Shown here: piece by piece, positions 1 through 13,000 of the stretch
Layout: each line of letters begins with the position of its first letter
Position numbering within the stretch: the stretch's first letter is position 1
From: Eledone cirrhosa
Taxonomy: Eukaryota
NCBI GenBank assembly: GCA_964016885.1
Contig: OZ024740.1
Location: forward strand, 102,486,001-102,550,000
Reading direction: 5' to 3'
DNA length: 64,000 nucleotides
The notes under the pieces: model-generated
Seen by the model: the letters and a program-made list of their open reading frames with translations, nothing else
What the model was told of the DNA's origin: nothing
Databases searched by the model: none
Translations under genes and position numbers: made by a program

Positions 1-279
1 GACAATTTCTTTACAAATGAATGCAAAGCAAAGTTTTCTTCAAAAAGTACATTAAATATTTATTAAATTTAGATAATAACAAGAGCAAACACCCACCTAC
101 CCTGCACACATAAAGAAAAAATGAATAAAATAAAGGATAGGAAAAGAAGTAACTCTCTGAAAGACATATCTTGTTTGGTTGTAAACAATCATTCTAGAAT
201 TTACAAATTTCTGACTATTGTTCAGGAAATTGAATCAAAGAATGTTTAAAAGCAATTTTTTCTTCTTATTTCTCCTTAG

Positions 280-299
280 ATATCATTTCAAATGAACCA
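280..299 (+). CDS. Possible 20-nt coding microexon of the upstream host gene (xIISNEP)
   Basis: Long pyrimidine tract ending ...tctccttag| at 279 and donor CCA|gtaaga at 300. It ends in phase 0, matching the 6341 exon, and has no stop in that frame. Confidence 0.35.
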
Positions 300-558
300 G
301 TAAGAGTTATCAATACATATGTGTGTTTGTATATAAATCTCTTGTATAATGTGTGTGTATGTGTGTGTGATCATTTTACATTCATTTTCCTGGTTAGTCT
401 GGGTTGGATGGAGCATCAAAGTCTGTGTCAGTTTATATTCAGGGTTACTACTCTCCAAAATGAGTTGGAGGAGCACATTTGGCATCGACATTCCATTTCA
501 GCATTAATACACGCAAACAAACATTGTTCCTTCTTTTTCTTGTGGATAAATATAGAAT

Positions 559-1740
559 ACTAGCATTAAAGCCCGGCGTTGCTCGGGGTCATTAAGTTAC
601 CAAAGTTAGGTTGCACCACCCATTTTATGGCAGCACTTTTTTGTCTGCCAGGCACTGGGTGAATGAATTGCAGACCTGGAAGCAGGAGCTGCGCCAGCAG
701 TGACAATTGTAGTTTCGCCTATGGATATTATCTCTGTGCAAAAAAGTGTTGAAATTTATTGTTTCACAGTACTTGCGCAACACGCGCGTAGACGATGCCA
801 GCCGAACAACAGAGCTGCGATGGAGTTGTTCTGCATGGTTGTCTGTGTGTTTTCTAAATTTAAGACAGTAGGGAGGGTTGTGATATGAGGGAGAGTTAGC
901 TGTTGTTTCTAGCAGGTTTAGTGACCTCATAGAGGATATGTGTTTTCTAAATTTAAGACAGTAGGGAGTGGTGTGATATGGAGGAGAGTTAGCTGCTGTT
1001 TCTAGCAGGTTTAGTGACCTCATAGAAGATATGTTTTCTAAATTTAAGACAGTAGGAATGGGTGTGATATGGGGGAGAGTTAGCTGCTGTTTCTAGCAGG
1101 TTTAGTAACCTCATAGAGGATATGTGTTTTCTAAATTTAAGACAGTAGGGAGTGGTGTGATATGGGGGAGAGTTAGCTGCTGTTTCTAGCAGGTTTAGTG
1201 ACCTCATAGAAGATATGTTTTCTAAATTTAAGACAGTAGGGAGGGGTGTGGTATGGGGGAGAGTTAGCTGCTGTTTCTAGCAGGTTTAGTGACCTCATAG
1301 AGGATATTATTGTTTATCATTATCTATAAAAGGCAGATTGTTGTTGTTGTTGTTGAAGTGAGTGTGTGTTTGTATGCGTTTGGAAAAGAGGTTTTAAAAA
1401 AGATTTATCGCTTGTTGTTGAATAAATGTATCTGTTGCTTTTGAAACGGACAGTATCACCATCAAGCTTGGAAAGAGAAAGTAGCAGAAAGTATGAAGTT
1501 GTATAGATTTTGAATGGTAGTGGAAAGAGTTTAGCAGTTTAAATGACAGAGAAAAATCGTAAAATATTGAGTTTTATCTATTTTTTGCGTAATTGTGGGT
1601 GAAATTGAAAAAATGAGATGTGCCAAGACGCAATCGAAACTATTTCGAATACTGAATTGTAAATTTCAATTGAAGAAATTCTATATCGTAGATTTCTATA
1701 AGAAAGGAGCATGACCACACACTGAGCTTTATAGATTATT
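559..1740 (+). mobile_element. Non-autonomous Helitron/Helentron-like (HINE/Lep1-type) element containing a tandem array
   Basis: Starts ACTAGC...CCCGGCGTTGCTCGGG (subterminal hairpin), a start also seen at 39878. Ends in ...cacacactgagctttatagatt. The 3' boundary is approximate. Confidence 0.5.
846..1306. repeat. Tandem array of 5 units alternating 93 and 91 bp
   Basis: ttttctaaatttaagacagtagg...gagagttagctgctgtttctagcaggtttagtgacctcataga recurs at about 850, 943, 1034, 1127 and 1218. Confidence 0.95.
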
Positions 1741-1867
1741 ATGATGATACTTAGGTATCATTTTGATGAAACTCAGAAATTACCAACGGTAATCTTGTAG
1801 TACTATATATTTAGACATATATATATTTCTAAAGATATATATATAGGTGAAAGATTACTGGTTAAGA

Positions 1868-2545
1868 CCAATAAGACCGCATACAAAGTCTACCTTTCCT
1901 ATTAGTCTGCCTGCTATCTCACTACACCTCTTGTGTACCTAAGATTTACATTATGTACATTGTATAGAGTTTCTACCTACTACTTTTCTACATATCAAGC
2001 CAGGCCACTTCTCTGGTGGGATCAGGATCCGGTCTTCTTTCTTATTACTAAAACGTTGAGGTTTTTTCCCTAAATTTACTCTAAGCCCTTTTGATTTTAA
2101 GTTCTCTTTCCAAATCTGAAATATGTTTTCTAGCTCTTTCACAGATTCAGCTATATGTGCCATTCAGATACAGAAGTTCCCATGGACAACCATTCCTAAA
2201 CTTCTCTGTCAAAGGCCTTCTTCAAAACAACAAAAGCCAGTGGTTTACACTAAGCTAGGAACACAAAGAATAGGGTGTCTGTGATGCTCTTCTCTGAAAA
2301 AAACAATCTACATCTCATACAATTTGAGTCTTTCCCTAATTAGTAGTGTTAAAACTCTATCCCTTTCATAACTTGGTCCATTAGTTATATGTCCTTGTAG
2401 CTGCTTCTTTCTAATGCATCAGCTTTTCCCTTGTAGCCATTAATGAGTATACTACTTCACAAGTCATTATGCAGGTAACAATTTCAATTTCTACTTCCCC
2501 TGGCTTTACCATTTTTTCATTTCCTTCACTGTTTCTTTGACTCTA
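1868..2545 (-). mobile_element. Decayed RTE-clade LINE fragment (PHD-bearing family)
   Basis: Translation IAESVKELENIFQIWKENLKSKGLRVNLGK...KWPGLICRKVVGRNSIQC matches the RTE copies at 15 kb and 48.6 kb. Confidence 0.8.
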
Positions 2546-2569
2546 TATTTGAGTATCGACCTGCGCTCT

Positions 2570-3070
2570 CAGGCATTGCTTCTGCACACCTGGTACCAAG
2601 GTCTCAATAGATCCAAGTCCTCCACATGACAACGTGGCTGCAGATACACAACTACTGGCCCAACAATGCTTAATGTCACACCACCCTTTCTCTCATCACA
2701 CAACAAAACTGCAAAACTCAGATTTCAGCATGCTGTACATATGGAGAACTAGCTGGCAACAAATATCTCAACCCATCGAACTGAATATGTCCCTTCCTAC
2801 AAGTGCTAATCTCCCTTGGAGTGAGTGGGTGTCCCTGAATCGGCTTTGTACAGGTGTCAGAGGATTCAATGCAGCGATGCACATTGGAGGCTGCATCCAT
2901 CAGCAGCTTGCCAGTGTGGTTCACTGGAGCAGACTGCTTAACTATACTGTGTGAGTTTCTGGATCTTTACTCACCTGAGAATATGGATCTCACACAACCT
3001 AATCCAGCTCTGAGATGGTTACAATGTCTAAGGGACATCACCTAATTGCAGCTGTTTTGTAGACAAGAAA
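2570..3070 (+). mobile_element. 3' fragment of an Ingi/Vingi-like non-LTR retrotransposon
   Basis: LPWSEWVSLNRLCTGV followed by a frameshifted C-x-C...H...C-like zinc knuckle resembles the Vingi/Ingi C-terminus; A-rich tail follows. Confidence 0.5.
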
Positions 3071-4484
3071 ATAAAGAAGAAGCAGAGTCAATTATGGTGT
3101 AAATATTTGATACCAAACTACCTAAAACTACCCTTGGTTATATGACATAAAATTGTTTTAAAGTTTCTATATTTATCTAAAAACCTTCCTTTATAATTTT
3201 ACGAAAAAATAACTTTATGTTCCAAGCACAAACTAGATTAGAAAATTAGTTTATTATTAAATACCTCTAATTTCTTGATCATTTACAAAATTATTTGAAA
3301 ACCATTGGCAGTGTCATTAATTAGCAATATGGTAACTAAAGAGTTAAACTAAGTTTCCGGTCTGAAACGATGATTAGTTGTTTCTGCCTCACATTCCCCC
3401 ATTAGACATGGAGGCCTTGCAAAATTTCATGAGGGCTGCCCTTTTTCCTCTGCCTAAACCCAAAGCATACCCCACTTTCTAATGCTGCCCTCTACCAGAC
3501 AATGTTTAGTAATTTTATATTATTTGCTGTATCTTGATCACTTTTTTGTACGAGTCTTCTAATTATTTTCTAATGTTCAGCACTTCATGTATGATTTGAA
3601 CAGTCCTGAATCAAGTATATGAAAAATCAATATATATTCCTATTCACAAAGAAAAAAAGTCTTAAAATAATATTTTGATATCTTTTTTTGTTTTGTTTCG
3701 TTTTTTTTATATATATTTTGCATTTCAAAAAGAATAATTTTTATTTTTTTACACTTTGTCTGCTTAATAATTGAAGAAGGAAAGGTAGGGGAGTTAGTAA
3801 AATGATAAAGCATTGGATTAAATGTCCTGCAGTAATTGGTTTTATTATTCTACATTCTAAATTCTAAAATCATTCCTACGACTAAAATGACTTGTTTAAA
3901 GGGAGCCTCTATGCAGTTGCTTGATCTATTTAAAATAGCAGCCAAATCTCCTTCAAATCACATGCTATAAGGTTGAAAGAGTAAATAATTATGACCCACT
4001 GCATAATGTAGTTTTTTATATACTGTGTCTAAAAAGAAAATTGCATGGTCATGGTTGAAATGTCTTTGATCATAGGTGTCTTCTTGACTAATTTGAGGTT
4101 AAACAACAGTTTGTTTTTCATTTAGAAAAATTAGTGTTATTATTATGGAGGAAATCAATGATTAGTCATAGGTTTTTATGTTACCTGGTTTGCTAAATCA
4201 CTGTTCTGAGTTCAAATTCCACCAAAATATATTACCTTTTTTCTTCTCGATGGTCAACAAAATGTATACCAGTAATATACTGGACTCAATTCTAACTATA
4301 GAAAAAATTAATTTAGAGAAGAAAATAATTCTAACCTCATTTTGTTTTGATTTCCTTTTTTTTTTTTCATAAATCAAATTTTATAACTAAATTTAACCCT
4401 TCCCATAAATATTTCCAAATATCTCAATATCTCTAAATTTAAGCCAATGAAAATAGTTATATTGTATAAATGTTTTCGTATCGC

Positions 4485-4745
4485 TCTGATTGATCAACAA
4501 AATCCCAGACCTCATTCACTTACCAAGTGGGGTGGACCTTGTCAGATCAGACCAAGGAAACAATGTTTCCATTGGTCTTTCCATTGCTGATGTTATCTAC
4601 CATACCAGTCACAACTCCTAGCAGAAAGAGCAATGTGAAATAAAGTGTCTTGCTCAAGGACACAACATATCCCCGGTCCGAGAATCGAACTTGCAACCTC
4701 ACAATTACAAATCCAACTCCCTAACCACTAAGCCACGCACCTTCC
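4485..4745 (-). mobile_element. tRNA-derived SINE
   Basis: The minus strand starts with a tRNA-like head (gcgtggcttagtggttagg...gttcgattctcggaccgg) followed by a gtgtccttgagcaagacacttt core. Related copies lie at about 12075-12233 and 21365-21500. Confidence 0.75.
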
Positions 4746-5084
4746 ATATAAACATGTTATAATGTCATACAATATATTGTACAATATCTCAATCTGACTT
4801 GGTTTGTATTTGACCTAGTTTATTGCATTAATTCATCATTTTATGGTCATCTTTTTAAATCATTCTTTTGTATGTTTTGCATCCAGCTCATTTAAGCTCT
4901 TCTTGTAAAACAAACAAGTATTAATTGCAAAGAATTATAATTGACAACTATTATTTTTTCTAATATAGTTTCTTTCACTCCTAATGAATCAAATGTTTAT
5001 ACATAATGCTATCAACAGATAAGCTTTTTAATATAAATAATTTACTTTTGAACATCAATTTGTTGATTACAAATGTACTGTTTG

Positions 5085-5086
5085 TA

Positions 5087-5118
<32 letters not shown>

Positions 5119-5148
5119 AATGAAAGGTATATATATATATATATAAAT

Positions 5149-5193
<45 letters not shown>

Positions 5194-5500
5194 TATAAAG
5201 TATGTCCATAGAGTCATTTGATAATATATATATTATATATATGTGTATGTGTGTATATATATGTATGTATATGTGTGTGTATATATATACATATGTATGT
5301 ATATGTGTGTGTGTATATATATGTATGTATATATATATGTGTGTGTGTGTGTGTGTATATATGTATGTATATATGTGTGTGTGTGTATATATATATATAT
5401 GTATGTATATGTGTGTATGTATATATATATATATATGTGTGTATATATATATATATGTGTGTATATATGAGCGTGTGTGTATATATATATATATATATAT
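5085..5500. repeat. Compound (TA)n/(TG)n microsatellite
   Basis: Seen directly in the sequence. Confidence 0.95.
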
Positions 5501-6340
5501 GGTGAGGGAGATAGTCGAACACTCAGTGGAAGCTGCTTGTTGTAATCCACTGATTGTTATTATTATCAAAATTAATGGATCTAAAACTATGAAAAGAATT
5601 TCAGAATGTCTGCCTCAGATATTGTTATCAGAATTCTGAAGTAAACCACCATATAACCACTCAAATAACTATAAAGATCAAAACAAAATATGCTAAACTA
5701 TGAAGAAGTGGTTGGTATGTGGTGGTGGTATTAAATGATGGTTGTGTTGTTGTTGATGTTGTTGGTGGTGGTGGTGGTGGTGGAATTGTATGTTGGTGCC
5801 AGGTGCAGGGGGGGATACCGTTGTGTTGAGTTTGGTCAATGTGGTGAGTAGTATTATTATATATGTGTACAGGAAGCTGTTTACTATAATCACTGATAAG
5901 GTTATCAAATGATTATTGTTATCAAAATTATTTATCTTTATTTAAAAATAATTTTAAATTATCATTTTATTAGAATCAAAGGTCCAGATATTTTTATAAA
6001 TTCTTCACTTCATTTCACTTTTCCCATGACCCTACATAATCTTGGGGGCACTGCCGGTTAAAGCAGTCTACCCCCTCCATATATCTCTCTTTTGAGCCAA
6101 GATTTTGGTTGTTATGAAGTCCTTATCGATCCATTCCTTCATGTTGTCTGCCTATTTCTTCTTTGGACATTCTTGCCTTATTTTACCCTAAACTGTTCCT
6201 TATTGTTATCAGCCAGTTAATGTTATTGAGAAGGTCTCATCCCAACATGATCATAATAAGCAGCATCCGCTGTGTGTATAATGTTTGTCTATGTATGAAT
6301 AAGTTTACTAATGTTGCAATTTATTTCTTTTGCTTTTCAG

Positions 6341-6477
6341 AGTAACAACAACGCACATATACTCTACACAGAACCCTATTATATGGACCCCAGTAACAGG
6401 GAGGGCAGTATGACATCCCAACCCTATGATTATGTTTCGAGACCAGGGTTAACTGATGTACCTGGTCCTGCTGATAG
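6341..6477 (+). CDS. Internal (penultimate) coding exon of a host gene: SNNNAHILYTEPYYMDPSNREGSMTSQPYDYVSRPGLTDVPGPAD(R)
   Basis: Acceptor ttatttcttttgcttttcag| and donor AG|gtaatc. Only one frame is open. Its 137 nt end in phase 2 and join in frame to the exon at 16763. Confidence 0.8.
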
Positions 6478-6482
6478 GTAAT

Positions 6483-6545
6483 CATTATTATTATTACATT
6501 TCTGCTGCTGATGATGATTATTATTATTAGTAGTAGTAGTAGTAG

Positions 6546-6597
<52 letters not shown>

Positions 6598-6625
6598 GCA
6601 TCATCATCATCATCATCATCATCAT
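6483..6625. repeat. Compound trinucleotide microsatellite (ATT/AGT/GTT/CAT)n
   Basis: Seen directly in the sequence. Confidence 0.95.
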
Positions 6626-7051
6626 TTGAAATGAGAAACCATTGTTATATCATTATTCAGATTAGCAGAGTCATTATAACATCAGAAACATTCTTGCAGT
6701 ATTTGTTTCAGCTCTTCACCATCCAAATTCAAATTCTGCTCAAGTGAACTTTGTCTTTCGGAGTCAATAAATAAAATAGCAGTCATGTACTGAGGTCAAT
6801 TTAATTAACTAAACCAGTCACCAAAATTACTGGACTTGTGCCCATCTTAGAAATAATTGTCATTATCATCATTAATCTTATTCCTTGTATTTATGATGTT
6901 CCATGTCATAATTCTAAAACAGTGAGATCAGTCCACTTATGACTAGCTGTGTGTCAAAATAAATCTTTTGTAGAATCTCTAAATATATATAATGAAATTT
7001 AATATTGAATTGAATGTTAAGTTAGTTTTACCACATTTAATGTAGTGTGCT

Positions 7052-7270
7052 TTAACCCTTTTCTTACCATATTTCTAATAAAATACATAGCCCATGTGTT
7101 TCAATTCATTTTTTAAATAATGAAAAATTTGAAGGAATTTAGTAACATAGCTTAGATTTTTCATTATTAAGCTATTTTGAACATGACTAGACAAAAGATT
7201 CTTACATAAAATTATAATGGAAGGTTTAAAATGAGAAGTCTTGTATCATAGTTGGTATCAACAGGGTTAA
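7052..7270. mobile_element. piggyBac-like MITE
   Basis: TTAA-CCCT...AGGG-TTAA termini, i.e. a TTAA target-site duplication with CCC/GGG ends. Confidence 0.55.
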
Positions 7271-7431
7271 AAACTAACAGGAAATGATTATGTGATGAAT
7301 AAAAAAAACAATATTGGCCATTAACTAATTTGGCAAGTACAAGAGAAAATTCCATACATGTTTTTTAGTCATATTGTTCAGCTGCAAGCATAGACTTCAT
7401 TGAATATACTAAAGTAGTGATGGGAGAATCA

Positions 7432-7655
7432 TTAATCCTTTAGTATTTATATTACTCTATATTTACAATTATATTTTCATGGTAAAGGCTTTACATAATT
7501 ATCTCACATAATATCGAATCAATAAGATTTTGATATTATTTATTTTGAGAACAATACCTTAACATCAGTATGAGTGGCCAGTTACAACCAGTTTGAACAG
7601 AAAGGGGTGAGGGAATTCTGGCCAGATATAACTGGTTTAAATGCTAAAGAGTTAA
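7432..7655 (-). mobile_element. piggyBac-like MITE, same family as 60177 and 63228, inverted
   Basis: ttaatcctttagtattta...tttaaatgctaaagagttaa termini; the interior is the reverse complement of the 60177/63228 copies. Confidence 0.7.
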
Positions 7656-10334
7656 GTGTACAAAATGAAATACTGGTTGTTGTAGAAAACTAAATTTGTT
7701 TAGAGAATAAGTTATTCATTGCTGCAAATAGATCTCTCAGTAACTAAATAATGTGGTTTATCACATTAAAATGTATCTTTATTGTATGACTGAATTTTTT
7801 TCCAGAATGTCTTGTAAAGTTTTTTTGTTGTCCATCTTATTCAGCTATTGGAGATACAACCGAGTTCACTGTTCATTTTCTATCACTAAATACTACAATG
7901 TGTCAATGACCAAGGAATTTAGTTATTGAATGACTCAGTATAAACTCTAGTAGTGGAAGTTTTATGACTACAAGCATAAAAAGTAGACATAAAAACTTTG
8001 ATGATAATGATAATGAAGCTAAGTAAACTAAGACTGCATGGTTGTATGGTTTAGGATGTTTTCTTCACAAATATATACTATTGGGTTCAACCCCAATGAG
8101 TGTCACCTTGAGAGAGTCTTCTAGCATAGCTTCAGATAGACCAAAGCCTTGTGAGTTGAATTTAATAGGCAGAAATCTGTAGAAAGCCAATAAGGTGATT
8201 CCTCATCTTGAGTGGTCAACTTAATATATCACAGTTTAAAACACCACCATGAAACTTTCAGTGGAGTTCATTCTGTTGCAAGCATTCCAGTTAGGTCGCT
8301 GATCTGAAGGTACCTTCCTCCATTCCTTACTCCCTTCCTTTCTCTCACTAGTTTCAAAGACCTTGAAATGAATCATGGACACTGCTCTTCTTCCTCTGAC
8401 TAAACCATTCATAAAATAAAAACAAAAATATAGAGACACTCATTTTGTTCCCTTTTGATACTGAGTTCAAATAGAAGCAGAGAGGACTAGACTTGATCAA
8501 ATTGATTTAGACTTAAACATTAAATAATTGAGAATTCCTATGGTATCACTTGGATCTCATAAACTATGTGACTTGACTTCACATGTCATAATGCATTTGT
8601 TTTTCATAGATGGAAGACAAAATTGATTATCTTTATGAAAAAAAAATCAATTTTTCTGCTTTTACAACTTTGATATTGAATATTTGCAGCACAGGAGCAA
8701 TTGCATTCAGTTAAGTTTTGCAGTCATACATGGTTACCATAGCCATCTTACATAATCTGTTCCACACTTAGCTTTAACAGTTCTTTTGAGATAATCAACA
8801 GTATGTATTACAGAATTAAAAAAAATATATATAATCATATATGTTATCTAGCCTACAATATATAAACATGTGTAGTCTTGCTTTGAAAATTGTTTTGGTT
8901 TGAAATCCAAAATTAATGAAAACATATAATAATGACTATTGCAATTTTAGCTCCTTTTGGTTATATTGAGTATGGAGAGATTCTTTGTGATGTTCTCTTT
9001 CATTCAAGTATAAACATTTTATAAACATTCTGTAACAGAATATCAGCAACTGAATCTATTATTCATTTCAACCAACAATGGCAATCTATTTTTGGTCTGA
9101 AACATACATAATCTGCTTTGCTGTAAAGATTGTTTATAGCATTGTAAGGAATAATTAATTTCATCATAATATCTTATGGGATGAATGTTTTAAAAATTTA
9201 ATCTCACCACAATATCCTCTAACATAATTCAATATATTTTCAACCAAATAGTTTTGTAAAGAAATAAGTCAAGTATAAACTGCTTAATGTGCTTTTTCTT
9301 AACTTGTATAAAAGTAAGAACACAAATGAACTGGAAGAGTAGCTCAGCATTAAATGCATTATCTGCTATGTACAGAAAAGACAGATGTGCTAATATGAAT
9401 CTGTGATGTAATTCTATAAATGATTCCTAAAATGGAGGGTCAGGGCTGGATTAACAATTAAGCAAAATAAACACATGCTAAGGGCATAAAGGGAAAAGGG
9501 GCTCCATTTTATTCAAATTAAATGAATTTGTCACTTTTAAAAAAATGTACAGACTTTATATGTGTGTAGGTAGGAGCACCATAATCTTTTAGGTGCTTTT
9601 GGACCCTGTAAAGAGTATGGATGGAAGAAGACCAAGTTAAAAATAAATCATATTGCAGGCTGCTCACCCTCTCACAAACAAGATGACAAAGGATCATGAT
9701 AACTGTCGATATACTAAACAGCAGATTTTGTCTTTTTATCTTTGAATGACTTAATCCGAAGAAGAGAAACATCCATGGTCTTTTGCAAGGCTGTGAGACT
9801 GGTCACAGATAACAAGAGAGTTATCCTCTGTGTGCATGTCTGAATGCTTGTAAAATAGTGGACTCTGCTAAAGGCAACCAATGAACATGTGTTGATTTTA
9901 ACCCATGTAACAGATTAAATCTACCACTCAAAAACAGGTACAGTTCAACAGATTTCTGTTAGATGATGACGATGATGGTGATGATGATGATGGTGCTGCT
10001 GACGATGATGACAATGATGACGAATGCGATGATGATGATCCTAATAGTGAACTGTAATGTTATTGGTTGTAGTTTTCCAATGGACTAATCACTGTTGCAT
10101 TGTATTTCTCACAGAATGGTGAGGGAGTGCCTATAAATTAGTGCATAACAATTATCACATGGGAGTTCATTTGTAAAACAAGTCTCCACCAGTTGCTCTA
10201 TTCACTACTTTCTCATCTATCACCCTCTATGCTACTCACTATACCTGAGTGGATAGCATGGGAAGGCATGTAATCTGTCTATATCCAATCCTCCACTATC
10301 ACCCATTATCTTTATCACTTCCATTATCAATAAC

Positions 10335-10650
10335 ACTACCACGTAAAAGGTTGTGTAGGTGACACAACAAAACATGCCCAGTCCACACTGTAAAGTGGTT
10401 GTGTAGGTGTCATGACAAAAAACACCTAGTTCATACTGTAAGGTGGTCATGTAGATGTCATGACAAAAAGCACCCAGTTCACAATGTAAATGTAGTTGGT
10501 GTTAGGAAGGGCATCCAGCTGTAGAAACCAAGCCAAAATCAGTTCTGTATAAGCAAGACATGGTCATCTGACCTGGCTTATCTCACAACAGGACAACACA
10601 CCTAACTCAAGCTAGTGTGGAAAAATGGACGTTAAACAATGATGATAATT
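10335..10650 (+). mobile_element. SINE with RTE-type 3' tail and about 45-bp internal tandem repeats
   Basis: About 3-4 copies of an aaaagcacccagt(c/t)cacactgtaaagtgg unit, then gttaggaagggcatccagctgtagaaacc...gaaaaatggacgttaaac(gat)n. Confidence 0.75.
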
Positions 10651-12233
10651 ACCTCTCTCTCACCATCATCCTTCTACTTCAACATCAGATGTGTCCATAT
10701 TCAGTACCATCACTCTCTACCATTAACATCATTTTCTCCTTATCACTTTTCTGCATGAGATACTTCATTAACATTTTCCCCCTCTCACTATTACCCACAT
10801 TTGTTGATATTCCTCACTTCCATCCATATTTAATGCCATCATTCTCTGACTCTAACCATTATTCTATCTCACTCATGGGAATCTTGGCAAACATCTAACA
10901 CTCACCATTACACTTCTCTCTCTCTCTCTCCAACCATTGCACATTTCTATAGCTATCCTATTACATTGTTCATTCTGTTTCCTATTCAACCACCTACTCA
11001 CAACCAGTATGTAGCTACCACTGGCCTGCTCCCTTCCCTACTACCCTATCACTGTTTCCACCTTCATATACACACTCATACTCTTTCCTCTTTCTGCCTC
11101 TTGGCCATCACTCCCCTTCAAATCACACTCTTGGTCACCTGTGTCTAGAAGGAAAAACAGAAGCCACTTAGAATGGAAATGATTCCTTAAATTTGCAGGT
11201 CTCAAGGGAACCTCTCCAGGTTTGGTGCTATGATAAAATGCATCCAGCACACTCTGAAGGAGTTGGCAATAAAACAGGGATAACATAGAGTAGAAAGGAC
11301 TCTTCAGTCATGTCAAAGAGTCAACAACCTCACTAGTACTGGTGCCAGATAAAATGCATCCAGAAATCTGTAAAATGGTCGTTGTTAGAAAGGGCATTGA
11401 GTTGAAGAAGAAACATACCAAAAATAGAATATTGGAAAGCACCAAGTCTGAATAAAAATTGACTCAGAATATAACAACTCATCCATCCCATGCCAACATG
11501 GAGAACAGACATAAAATGATGAGATACATATACATACATAAACACATGATGGACTTCCACATAGTCTGCATCTACCAAATTCCACTATAGAGACTATAGT
11601 AGACAATACAGTGGAATCAAACTGGAAACAAAAAAGTTGTGAAGCCAACTTATTAAATGCACAGCTATTACATACTTATATAAGTTTTAAACATTGTTTT
11701 AACATCACTAGTGAGCAGAATCACATTGAACATTGCCATTATCTAAAATAACAACCAAAACTGATCATTAATAATCATTCCATAATAGACTTTAATGCTC
11801 TTACAAAGCACAGTATTTCTGAAAAATTTATCTCAACAGAATTCTGTTTTCTTAATCCTAGACTTGAAATGTATAGACTATGCCTGGTTAATTACAGGTC
11901 ATGGTTGCCATGGATATGGTTATTGTTGTTGTAAAAACAGTAAAGCAACTTATTAAATACTTTACATCAGTGACATTCATCAATTTGTTTTGCAGTTCAA
12001 ATTACATAGAATAAAACATCTTTAATATATAATCTGCACATTTTACCATTTCTACTAGCTTGCCACCCCACTTACTCGATTGACAAGATCCCAGACCTCA
12101 TTCACTTACTGAGTCAGGTAGAACTCGTCAAATTGGACCAAGGAAACAATGGTCTTGCCATTACTGATACTGTTTACCAGTTATAACGCCTGGCAGAAAG
12201 AGCAACATGAAATAAAGTTGTCTTGTTCAAGGG

Positions 12234-13000
12234 CATAAACTCCATATGGCATACACAATGTAAATCTTGGGTACACAAGAGATGTAGTGATATAACGGGT
12301 AGATTAACAGGAAAGGAAGAATTTGTACGTAGAAAATGCTCTGGAGTAATCAAAGGGAAGAGCAGCAGTAATATAAACCTCTTCGAGTCACATGAAGGAT
12401 CCATAGCAGTGTTTGATAGCTTCTGCTATATAAGTGACTTAATCAGCAGTGGAGAGGGGTGCTCTGAGAGCATAATAGCTAGAATAAGGACAGGATGGAA
12501 GAAGTTTAAAGAACTACTCCCATTGTTGACAACAAAAAGTTTCTCGCTACGTATAAAACAACAACTGTATGATGCCTGCGTGCAAAGTGTGATACTGCAT
12601 GGTAGTGAAACTGCAGAAGACATGTGTAGATTGGAGAGAAATGAAGCAGCCATGCTTCGTTGGATGTGCTATATATATATGAGAGAAAGGCAGAGCTTGA
12701 ATGAACTAAAGGATAAGCTGGGTTTAAGAGGAATCCAAGGTGGTATGGAGGAGAGAAGACTGTGTTGGTAGAGACATGTGATGTGCATGGATGATTGATG
12801 AGTGAAGAAGTGCCAGGAAATGCCAGTGGATGGGAGCCACAGTAGAGGTAGACAGAGAAAGACCTAAGCAGAGGTGGTGAGAGCTGACCTGAAATTGCTG
12901 ACAAAGAAATGCAATGAGTAGAGTGATGCTGTGCTGAAAAGGACCTGTTCAGCCCATGCAAGCATGGAAAAATGGATGTAAAAACGATGATGAGGATGAT
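12234..13000 (+). mobile_element. 5'-truncated decayed RTE-clade LINE (PHD-bearing family)
   Basis: CKSWVHKRCS...FDSFCYI...GWKKFKELLPLL...LHGSET...MLRWMC, ending in a catgcaagcatggaaaaatggatgtaaaacgatgatg tail. Confidence 0.85.

Noticed and set aside
846-1306. CRISPR-like array or repetitive protein (ORFs 625-1023 and 989-1207)
   Set aside because: Units are contiguous with no unique spacers, there are no cas genes, and the context is eukaryotic. The ORFs simply read through the repeat.
4981-5639. Many ORFs rich in YI/HT/CV
   Set aside because: They are translations of (TA)n/(CA)n microsatellites, which lack stop codons. The same applies at 17.6-19.0, 22.9-23.4 and 26.3-26.6 kb.
6511-6747. 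Poly-S/V ORF, and poly-N/I/L ORFs at 17026-17361
   Set aside because: Trinucleotide microsatellites.
7790-7930. Additional acceptor-like sites in the last intron (7805; also about 13526)
   Set aside because: AG after T-runs is common in AT-rich introns, and there is no convincing peptide or donor.
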